DNA of 64,000 bases from the human T2T-CHM13v2.0 reference genome, Homo sapiens, in assembly GCF_009914755.1 (NCBI RefSeq), contig NC_060938.1; one strand, written 5' to 3'. The translations under genes were made by a program, and so were the position numbers. How positions within the stretch are numbered: position 1 is the stretch's first letter; each line of letters begins with the position of its first letter. This document shows, in pieces, positions 1 to 12,000 of the stretch. The notes below the pieces were generated by a model that searched no databases, was not told where the DNA came from, and worked only from the letters and a program-made list of their open reading frames with translations.

Positions 1-3000
1 ATAGAATGGAGTGGAGTGGAATGGATTGGAGTGTTGTGGATTGGAGAGAAGTGGAATGGCATGGAGTGGAATGGAATGGCATGGAGTGGAGTAGAGAGGA
101 GTGGAGAGGACTAAAGTGGAGTGGAATGGAATGGAGTGGAATGAAGTGGAATGTAGTGCAGTGCAGTGGAGAGTAGTGGAATGGACAGGAATGGAATCTT
201 ATGTAATGGAATGTAGTGGAGTGGAGTGGAATGTAGTGGAGTGGAGTGCGGTGGAACAGAATGGTACGGAATAGAGTGCAACGGAATGGAACAGAACGGG
301 TGCTGAGATTGTGCCACTGCGCTACAGCCTGTGTGACGGAGGGAGATCCTGTCGAATAAAAGGAGTGGAATGGGATGGAGTGGAGTGCAGTGGAGTGGTA
401 TGGAGTGGAGTGGAGTGGAATGGAATAGAATGGAATGAAATGCGTGCTGAGATTGTGCCACTGCACAACACCCTGTTTGACAGAAGGAGACCCTGTCGAA
501 AGAAAGGAGTGGAATGGGTTGGAGTGCAGTGTAGTGTAGTGGAGTGTAGTGGAATGGAGTGGAGTGGAGTGGAATGGAGTGGAGTGGAGTGGAATGGAGT
601 GGAATTCAGTGGAGTGGATTGTAATGGAGTGGAGTGGAGTGGAATCGAGTGGAGAAGAGTCGAATGGAATGGAGTGCAGTGAAATGGAAAGAACGGGACT
701 GTAGTGGAATGGAGTGGAGTGGAGTTGAATGGAATGGAATGGACTGGAGTGGAATGGAATGGAATGGTGCGTAATGGAATGGACTGGAATGCAGTTGAAT
801 GGAATGGAGTGGAGTGGAACAAAATGGAATGGAAGGAACCAGAATGAAACGGAACAAAATGTGTGCTGAGATTGTGTCACTGTGCTACAGCCTGTGTGAC
901 AGAGGGAGGTCCTGTCGAAAGAAAGGAGTGAAATGGAATGGAATGGGGTGGAGTGGAGTGGAGTGGAGCAGAACGGAGTGGAGTGTAGTGGAGTGGAATG
1001 CAGTGGAGTGGAGTGGAATGGAGTGGAGAGGAGTGGATGGAGTGGAGTGGAGTGGAATGGAGTGGAATCGATTGGAATGGACTTGAGTGGAATGGAATGG
1101 ACTGGAGTGGAATGGAATGGAATGGAGTGGAATGGAATGGAGTGAAGTGGAGTGGAATGGATTGCAGTGGAGTGGAGTGGAGAGGAATTGTGTGTAATGG
1201 AACAGGGTGGAGTGGAATGGAATGGAATGGAGTGGAGTGGAATTTACTGGAGTAGAGTGGTATGGACTAGAGTGGAATGGAATGGAATGGAGTGGAACGG
1301 AATGGAATGAGTGGAGTGGAGTGGAATGTCGTGGAGTGGAGTAGAATGGAGTGGAGTGGAATGGAATGCAACGGAATGAAGTTGAGTGGAATGGAATGGA
1401 GTGGTGTGGAGTAGACTTGAGTGAAACGGAAAGGAATGGAGTAGAATGCAATGGAATGGAAAGGAATAGGTGTTGAGATTGTGCCATTGCTGTACAGCCT
1501 GTGTGACAGAGGGAGAACCTGTCGAGCGAAAGGAGTGGAATGGGATGGAGTGGAGTGAAGTGGAGTGTAATGGAGTGGAATGGAGAGGAACAGAGTGGTG
1601 TGGAGGGGAATGAAGTGGAGTGGAGTGGAATGGAGTGCAGTGGAGTGGGGTGGAGTGGAATTGAGTAGAAAGGAATGGAGTGGAGTGTGGTGGAATGGAG
1701 TGGAGTGGAGTTTAATGAAATGGATTGGAATGGAATGGAATGGAATGGAGTGGAGTGGAGTGGAGTGGAATGGATTGGAGTAGAGTGGAGTGGAGAGCAG
1801 TGGAATGGAGTGGAATGGAATGGAATGGAATGGAATGTAGTGGAATGGAATGGAATGGAATGGAATGTAGTGGAATGGAATGGAATGGAATGGAATGTAG
1901 TGGAATGGAATGGAATGGAATGGAATGGAATGTAGTGCAATGGAATGGAAAGGAATGGAATACAATGGAGTGGAGTGGAATGGAATGGTGTGGAGTGGAG
2001 CAGAAAGGAATGGAGTGGAACGGAATGAAGTGGAGTGGAGTTGAGTCGAATGGAGTGAAATGGAATGAACTGGAATGAAATGGAGAGGAGTGGAATGGAA
2101 TGGATAGGCGCGGATTGGAGTAGAGTAGAATAGAATGGGATGGAATGAAATGGAGTGGAGGGGAGTGGAATTTAGTGGAGTGGAGTGGAATTGAGTGGAG
2201 GGTAGTGGAGAGCAGTGGAATGGAATGGAATGGAATGGAATAGAATAGAATAAGTGCAGAGTTTGAGCCACTGCACTGCATCCTGTGTGACAGAGGGAGA
2301 TTCTGGCGAAAGAAAGAATTGGAATGGGAAGGAGTGTTGTGGATTGGAGTTCAGTGGAATGGAGTGGAATGGAGTGGAGTGGAGTGGAGTGGAGTGGAAT
2401 GGAGTGGAATGGAGTGGAATGGAATGGAATGGAATGGAGTGGAGTGGAATGAAACAGAATATAGTGGAATGGAGTGGAGTGGAATGTACTGGAGTGGAGT
2501 GGAATTGACTTGAGTGGAAATGATTGGAATGGAGTGGTGTGGAATGGATTGGAGTGTGGTGGAATAGAGTGGAGCGTAGTGGAGTGTAGTGGAGTTGAAT
2601 GGAATGGAACGGAGTGGCGTGGAATTGAATGGAATGGAATGGAGTGGAATTTACTGGAACGGTGTGGAATGGGCTGGATTTGAATGGAACGGAACGGATT
2701 TTAAAGGAAAGGAATGGAGTGGAATGGAGTGTAGTGGAGTTGAGTGGAGTTGAATGGAGTGTAGTGGACTGGAGTGCAGTGGAGTCCAGTGTAATGGAAT
2801 GGAAATCTATGGACTGCAGTGGAATGAAATGCAGTGGTTTTGAGTGGAGTGGAGTGGAATAGAATGGAATGGAATGGAAAGGTGGAGTGGAGTGGAATTC
2901 AGTGGAGTGGATTGCAGTGGAATGGAACGGAATGGAATGCAATGTAGTGGAGTTGTTTAGAGTGGAGTGGATTGGAAAGGAATGGAAAGAAATGGAGTGG

Positions 3001-6000
3001 AATGGAGTGCAGTAGAGTTGAGAGGAGCGGAATGGATTGGAATGGAATCAGATGTAATGGAATGTGGTGGAGTTGAGTTGAGTGGAGTGGAACGGAATGG
3101 AAAGGAACAAAACATAATGGAACGGAACGGAATGTGTGCTGAGATTGTGCCACTGCGCTACAGCCTGTTTGACAGAGGGAGAGCCTGTTGAAAGAAAGGA
3201 GTGGAATGGGATTGGGTGGAGTGCGGTGGAGTGGAGTGGAGTGGAATGAAGTGGAGTGGAGTGGATTGGAGAGGAGTGGATGGAGTGGAGTGGAGTGGAA
3301 TGGAATGGGGATTAGAGGAAAGGAATGTAGTGTAGTGGAATGGAAAGGCCTGAAGTGGAATGGAATGGAATGGAGTGGAGTGGAATGGAGTGGAGTGGAG
3401 TGGAATTGAGTGGAATGCAATGCAGTGGAGTGGAAGGGAATTAAATGGAATGGGGTATAATTGACTGGAATGGAGTGGAATGGACTGGAGTGGAATGGAT
3501 TAGAAAGGAGTGGACTGGAATGCAATGGAGTGGAGTGGAGAGGTGTGGAGAGGAGTGGATTGGAGTGCAATGGAGGGCAATGGAGTGGAGTGTAGTCGAG
3601 TGGTGTGGAATGGAGTGTAGTAGAGTGGAATGGAATGGAGGGGAGTGGAATGGAATGGAGTGGGGTGGAGTGGAGTTGAGTGGAATGTAATATAATGGAA
3701 TGGAATAGAATAGAATGGAATGGAATGGGTGCTGCGATTGTGCCACTGCACTACAGTGTGACAGACGGAGATCCTGTCGAAAGAAAAGAGTGGAATGTGA
3801 TGGAGTGTAGCGGAGTGCAGTGAAGTGGAATGGAGTTGAGTGGAATGGATTGGAGTGGAGTGTAAAGGACTGGAGTGGAGTGGAATGGACTCGAGTGGAG
3901 TGGAGTGGACTGGAAAGAAATGGAATGGAATGAAATGGAATGGAATGCACTGGAATGGAATGGAATGGTGTGGAATGGAATGGGTGCTGAGATTGTGACA
4001 CTGCACTGCAGCCTGTGTGACAGAGGGAGACCCTGTCGAATGAAAAGAGTGGAATGCGATGTAGTGGACTGGAGTGGATTGGAGTGGAGTGGAGTAGAAT
4101 GGAGTGGAGTGGAGTGCACTGGAGTTGAGTGGAGTAGAGTGGACTGGAATGGAATGGAATGGAGTGGAGTGCAGTTGAATGAAGTGGTGTGGAAGAGAGT
4201 AGAGAGAAATATAATGGAATGGAATGGAACTGAATGGAGAGGGGTGGAGTGGAGTGCAGTGCAATGTAATGTAATGGAATGGAATGGAATGGAAAGGAGT
4301 GGAGTGGAGTGCAATGGAATGGAGTGCAATGGATGAAGTGGAGTGGAGTGCAGTGGAGTGGAATGGAGTGGAATGAACTGGAATGGAATGGAGTGGAGTG
4401 GAATGGAATGGAGAGGTGTGAAGTGGAGTAGAGTGGAATGAAATGGAATGTAATAAAGTAGATTGGTGTGGAGTGGAATTGAGTGGAGTGCAGTGAAATG
4501 GAATGCAACGGAATGGAATGGAGTGGAGTTGAGTGGGGTGGAGTGGAAAGGAATGGAGTGGAATGGAGTGGAATGAAGTGCAGTGAAGTGGAGTGGAGCC
4601 AAATGGAGTGGAATGGAATCGGATGTAATGGAATATAGTGGAGGGGAGTGCAGTGGAGTGGAAAGGAATGGAACGGAACAGAATGGAATGGAACGGAATG
4701 AAATGTGTGCTGTAATCACGCCACTAAGCTACTGCCTGTGTGATAGAGGGAGATCCTGTCGAGAGAAAGGAGTATAATGGGATTGAGTGGAGTGGAGTGG
4801 AGTGGAATGGAGTGGAGAGGAGTGGAGTGATGTGGAATGGTGGGGAGTGGAGTTTAATGGATTAGAGTTGAGGGGAATGCAATGGAATGGAGAGGAGTGG
4901 AATGGGATGGAGTGGAGTGGAATGGACTGGAGCGGGGTGAAATGGACTGGAGTGGAATTGAATGGAATGGAGTGGAGTGGAATGGAAAGGAATGGAGTAG
5001 AATGGAGTGGAGTGGAGTGGAGTGCAATGGAGTGTGGTGGAATGCAATGGAGTATAGCGGAATAGAATGGAGTGGAGTGGAATTTACTGGAATGGAGTGG
5101 AATGGACTGGAGTCAACTGGAATGGAGTTGAGTGGAGTGGAATGGAGTTGAGTGGAGTGGAATGGAATGGAGTGGAGTGGAGTGGAAAGGAATGGAGTGC
5201 AGTGGAGTGGAGTGGAGTGAAATGGAGTGGAGTGGAGTGCAATGGAGTGTGGTGGAATGCAATGGAGTGGAGTGGAATAGAATGGAGTGGAGTGGAATTC
5301 ACTGGAATGGAGTGGAATGGACTGGAGTCGACTAGAATGGAGTTGAGTGGAATGGAATGGAGTTGAGTGGAGTGGAATGGAATGGAGTGGAGTGGAGTGG
5401 AGTGGAATGGAATAGAGTGGAGTGGAGTGGAGTGAAATGGAGTTGAATGGAATGGAATGGAATGAAATGGATACTTAGACTGTGCCACTGTGCTACAGCC
5501 TATGTGACAGTAGGGGAACCTGTCAAAAGAAAGGAGTGGAATGGGAAGGAGTGTAGTGGAGTGTTGTGGAGTGGAGTGGAGTGGAATTGGAGATTAATGT
5601 AACGGAGTGGAGTGGAATGGAATGGAATGGAGTGGAGTGGAATGGATTGGAGTGGAGTGGGGTGGAGAGCAGTGCAATGGAGTGGAGTGGAATGGAATGG
5701 AATGGAATGTAGTGGACTGGAATGGAATGGAGTTGCGTGGAGTGGAGTTCAGTGGAATTGAATGGAATGGAATGGAACTGAGTGGAATGGAATGGAATGG
5801 AATTGGTGCTGAGATTGTGCCACTGCTCTACAGCCTGTGTGATAGAGGGAGATCCTGTCGAAAGAAATAATTCTAATGGGAAGAAGTGGAGTGGATTGGA
5901 GTTGAGTGGAATGGAATGGAATTGACTGAAGTGAAATGGAATGGTATGAATGGTAAAGGAATAGAATGGAGTGGAGTGTGGTGGAATGGAATGGAGTGTA

Positions 6001-9000
6001 GTGAAGTGCAGTGCAGTTGAGTGGAATGGAATGGAGTGGAGTGAAATGGAGTGGAAAGGAGTTGAGTGCAATTTACTTGAAAGGAGTGGAATGGAATGGA
6101 GTGGAATGGAAACACAAGGAGTTGAATGGAGTGTAGTGTAGTGGAGTGGAGTGGAGTGGAATGGAATAGAGTGGAGTGGAGTGGAGTGAAATGGAGTGGA
6201 ATGGAATGGAATGGAATGAAATGGATACTTAGATTGTGCCACTGCACTACAGCCTGTGTGACAGAGGGAGATCCTGTCAAAAGAAAGAATTGTAATAGGA
6301 AGGAGTGGAGTGGATTGGAGTTGAGTGAAATGGAGTGGAATGGAACGGAGTGGAGTGGAGTGGAGTTGAATGGAATGGGGTGGAGTGGAATGGAGTTGAG
6401 TGGAATGGAGTGGAATGGAATCTGATGGAATGGAATGGAATAGAATGGAATGGATTATGGTGGAGTGGAGTGGATTGGAGTGGACTAGAATGGATTGGAG
6501 TGCAATGAAATGGGATGGAATGGAATGCCATCGAGTGCAGTGGAGTGGAGTGGACTGGAGTGGCGGAGAGTGGAACGGAGACGAGTGGAATAGAATGGAG
6601 TGGAATAGAATGGAATGGAATGCAATGGAATGGAATGCAAAGGAATGGAATGCAATGGAATAGAATGGAATGGAATGGTGAAATGAAATGTGAGCCGAAT
6701 TTGTGCCACAGCACGCCAGCCTGGGTGACAGAGTGAGATGCTGTCGAAAGAAAGAAATGGAATGGAATGGAGTGGAGTGGAGCGGTGTGGAGTGGAGTGG
6801 TGTGGAGTGGAATGGAATGGGATGGACTGTAATGGAATGGAGTGCAGTGGAGTGGAGTGGCAGAGAGTGGAATGGAGTCACGTGGAATGGAATGGAATGG
6901 AATGGAATGGAGTGGAATGGAGTGGAATAGAATGGAAAGGAGTGGAGTGGAGTGCAGTGGAGTGGAGTGGAGTAAAGTGCAGTGGAGTGGAGTGGAGTGG
7001 AATGGAATGGAATGGATTAGTGAAATGAAATGTAAGCTGAGATTCTGCCACAGTACTCCAGAAAGGGCGACAGAGTGACATCCTGTCGAATGTAAGGAAA
7101 GTAATTGAGTGGATTGGAATGGAATGGAATGGAGTGTAGTGGAGTGGATAGGAGTGTAGTGGAGTGGAATGGAGTGGAGAGGAATGGAATGGAAGGGAGT
7201 GGAGAGGAGTGAACAGGAGTGTAGAGGAATGTAATGGGATGGAATCCAATGGAATGAAATGGAGGGGAGTGGAGTGGAGTGTTGGGGAGAGGAATGGAGT
7301 GGTATGGAATTGGATGGAATTGAATGTAGTGGAGTGGAGTGGCATGGAGAGGAGTGGAGTAGAGTGGAGTGGAATGGCACGAAATTGAATGGAGTGGAGC
7401 CGAGTGGAGTGGAGTGGAGTGCAGTGGAGTGGAATGGAATATAGTGGAATGGAAATGAATGGAATGGAAAGGAATGTAATGGAATAGAGATGAATGATGA
7501 AATGAAATATGAGCTAAGATTGTAACACTGCACTCCAGCCAGTGTGACAGAGTGAAATACTGTCGAAAGAAAGGAATGGAATGGACAGGTGAAGAATGGA
7601 ATGGAATGGAATGGAGTGGAGTGGAGTGCATTATATTGGATTGGAGTGGAATGGAAAGGGATGGAATGGGATGGAGTGGAGTGGAGTGGAGTTGAATGGA
7701 ACGGTGTTGTATGGAATGGAATGGAATGGAATTGAATGGAATGCAGTGGAGCAGAGTGGAGTGGAATTCGCAGGAGTGGAATGGAAAGGCATGGAATGGA
7801 ATTGAATGCGTTGCAATGGAATGGAATGCAATGGAATGCAATGGAATGGAATGGAATGCAATGGAATGGAATGGTGAAATGAAATGTGAGCTGAGATACT
7901 ACCACTGCACTCCAGCCTGGGTGACACAGTGAGATCCTCTCAAAAGAGAGGAGAGGAATGGAATGGAATGGAGTGAAATGTAATGGAATGGAATGGAATG
8001 AAATGGAATGGAATGGCATGGAATGGAATGGAGTGGAGTGGAGTGGAATGAAATAGAATGGAGTGGAATGGAATGGGATGGAGTGGAAAGAATGGAGTGG
8101 AGGTGAGTGGAGTGGACGGGAGTGGAGTGGAGAGAAATGGAGTGAAACGGAATGGGATGGAATGGAATGGAGTGGAGTGGATTGGAGTGAAGTGGAGTGG
8201 AGTGGAGCGGAGTTGATTGGAGTGGAGTGGAATGGAGTGGAATGCAATGGAATGGAATGGTATGGAATGGAACGGGGGAGGGGAGTGGAGTGGAGTGGAG
8301 TGGAGTGGAATTGAGTGTAGTGGCACGGAATGGAATGGAAAGGAAAGGAATACAATGGAATGGTGAAATGAAATGTGAGCTGAGATTGTGCCCCTGTATT
8401 CCAGCCTTTTTTGACACAGTGATATCCCGTCGAAAGGAGGGAATGGAATGGAATGCGGTGGAATGGAATGTGATGGAATTGAATGAAATGGAATGGAATG
8501 GGGTTTAATGGAATGGAATGGAATGGAATGGAATGGAATGGAATGGAATGGAATGGAGAAATTAAATGTGAGCTAAGATTGTGCCACAGCACTCCAGTCT
8601 GGGTGACAGAGTGAGATCCATTTCGAAATAATGGAATGGAATGGAATGGAGTAGAGTGGAATGACTGCAGTGGCGTGGAATGGAGTGGAGTGGCGTGGAG
8701 TGAAGTTGAGTGGAGTGGAGTGGAATGGAATTTAGGGGAATGGAATGGAATGGAATGGTGAAATGAAATGTGAGCTGGGATTTTGTAATTGCACTCCATT
8801 TTGGGTGACAGAGTGAGATCCTGTCGAAAGAAAATAATGGAATGAAATGGAGTGGAAAAGAATGGAATAGAATGGAGTGGAGTGGAGTGGAGTGGAGTGG
8901 AGTGGAGTGGAATGGAATTTAGGGGAATGGAATGGAATGGAAGGGTAGGGAAGGGAATGGAATGGAAGGGAAGGGAATGGGGAAATGAAATGTGAGCTGA

Positions 9001-12000
9001 CATTGTGGCACTGCACTCCAGCCTGGGTGACAGAGTGAGATCCTGTCGAAAGAAAATATTGGAACGGAATGGAGTGCAATGTAATGGAATAGAGTAAAGT
9101 GGAGTGGAAAGGAGTGGGATGGAATGTGATGGAATGAAATGGAGTGGAGTGGAGTAGAGTGAAACGGAATGGAGTGGAGTGCAGTGGAGTGGAGTGGAAT
9201 TCATTGGAATGGAATGGAATGGAATGGAAAGGAATGTAACAGGTGCTGAGATTGTACTACTGCGCTACAGCCTGTGTGACAGAGGCAGATCCTGTCGAAA
9301 GATAGGCGTGGAATGGGTTGGAGCAGAGTGGAGTGGAGTGGAAGGGAGTGGAGTGGAGTGGACTGGAGTGGAATGGAGTGGAGTGGAGTATAGTGGAGTG
9401 GAATGGAGTGGAGAGGAGTGCAGTGGAGTGGAATGGAATGGAATGGACTGGAGTGGAGTGGAATGGAATGGAGTGGAGTCGAATGGAATGGAGTGGAATG
9501 GAGTGGCGTGGAATGTAATGGAGTGGAGTGGAATGGAATGGACTGGAATGGAGTGGAATGGAATGGAGTGGAGTCGAATGGAATGGAGTGGAGTGGAATG
9601 GACTGGAGTGGAATGGAATGGAATGGAGTGAACGGAATGGAGTGGAGTGAAGTGGAGTGGAATGGATTGGAATGGAATGGAATGGAATGGAATTAAGTGG
9701 AGTGGAGCAGAGTGGAGTGGAAAGGAATGGAATGGAGTGGAATGGAGTGCAGTGAAGTGGAGAGAAGTGCAATGTAGTGAAATGGAATCGGATGTAATGG
9801 AATGTAGTACTGTGGAATGGAGTGAAGTGGAGCGAAATGGAATGGAACGGGACAGAACGGAATGGAACGGAACGGAATGGGTGCTGAGATTGTGCCACTG
9901 CACTACAGCCTGTGTGAAAGAGAGAGATACTTTAGAAAGAAAGGAATGGAATGGGATAGAGGGGAGTGGAGTTTAGTGGAGGGGAATGGAGTGGAGTGGA
10001 ATGGAGTGGAATGGAGTGGAGTGGAGTGAAATGGAGTGGAGTGGAGTGAAATGGAGTGAAGTGGAGTGGAATGGAGTGGAGTGGAATGGAGTGGAGTGGA
10101 GTGGAATTCAGTGGAGTGGAGTGGAGTAGAATGGAATGCAATGGGATGGAATGGAATGGAATGGAGTCGTCTGGATTGGTGTGGAGTGGAGTGAAGTGGA
10201 TTGAAGTGGAATGGAGCGGAATGGAATAGGATGGAATGGAATGGAATGAAGTGGAGTGGAGTGGGGCGGAGTGGAGTGCAGTGGAATGGAGCGGAATGGA
10301 ATGGGATGGAGTGGATGGAGTGGAGAGGAGTGGAGCGCAGTAGAGTGAATAGGAGTGGAATGGAGTGGAATGGAAACGAATGTAATGGAATGTAGTGGAG
10401 TGGAGTGGAACGGAGTGGGATGGAATTGAATTGAATTGAATGGAATGGAATAGAATGGAATGCACTGGAATGCAATGGAATAGAATGCAATGAAATGGAA
10501 AGTTGACATGCAATGTGAGCTGAGATTGTGCCACTGTACTCCAGCCTCAGTGACACAATGATACCCTGTCAAAAGAAAGGAATGGAATGCAATGGAGTGA
10601 AATGGAATGGAATGGAGTGGAGTGGAGTGGAGTGGATTCGAGTGGAATGGAGTCGAATGGAATGGGATGGAGTGGAATGGAGTGGAGTGGAGTGGAGTGA
10701 AATAGAGTGGAATGGAGTGGGATAGAATGGAATACAGTGGAATGGTGAAAAGAAATGTGAGCTGAGATTGTGCCACTGCACTCCAGTCTTTGTGACAGAG
10801 TGAGATCTTGTGGAAAAAAAGGAATAGAATGGAATAAAGAGGAATGGAATGGAAGGGAATGGAATGGAATGGAAGGGAGTGGATTGGAGTCGAGTGGAAT
10901 GGAGTGGAATGGAATGTGATGGAATGGAATGGCAAGGATTATGGTGGAGTGGAGTGGATTGGAGTGGAGTAGAGTGGAATGGAGTGGAATGAAATGGGAT
11001 GGAATGGAATGCCATCGAGTGCAGTGGAGTGGAGAGGACTGGAGTGGCGGAGAGTGGAATGGAGTCGAGTGGAATAGAATGGAATGGAATGCAATGGAAT
11101 GGAATGCAAAGGAATGGAATGCAATGGAATAGAATGGAATAGAATGGAATAGAATGGTGAAATGAAATGTGAGCTGAATTTGTGCCACTGCACGCCAGCC
11201 TGGGTGACAGAGTGAGATGCTGTCGATAAAAGAAATGGAATGGAATGGAGTGGAGTGGAGCGGTGTGGAGTGGAGTGGTGTGGAGTGGAATGGAATGGGA
11301 TGGACTGTAATGGAATGGAATGCAGTGGAGTGGAGTGGCAGAGAGTGGAATGGAGTCGAGTGGAATGGAATGGAATGGAATGGAATGGAATGGAATGGAG
11401 TGGAATGGAGTGGAATGGAATGGAAATGAGTGGAGTAGAGTGGATTGCAGTGGAGTGGAGTGGAGTGTAATGGAATGGAATGGAATGGATTAGCGAAATG
11501 AAATGTAAGCTGAGATTCTGCCACTGTACTCCAGAATGAGTGACAGAGTGACATCCTGTCGAATTTAAGGAATGGAATGGAGTGGAGTGGAATGGAATGG
11601 AATGTAGTGGAGTGGATAGGAGTGGAATGGAGTGGAATGGAGTGGAGAGAAATGGAATGGAAGGGAGTGGAGAGGAGTGGATGGGAGTGGAGTGGAATGG
11701 AATGGAATGGGATGAAATCCAATGGAAAGAAATGGAGGGGAGTGGAGTGTTGGGGTGGAGTGGAATGGTATGGAATTGGATGGAATAGAATATAGTGGAG
11801 TGGAGTGGGATGGGGAGGAATGGAGTAGAGTGGAGTGGAATGGAACGAAATTGAATAGAGTGGAGATGAGTGGAGTGGAGTGGAGTGGAGTGCAGTGGAG
11901 TGGAATGGAATATAGTGGAATGGAAATGAATGGAATGGAAAGGAATGTAACGGAATAGAATAGAATGATGAAATGAAATATGAGCTGAGATTGTAACACT

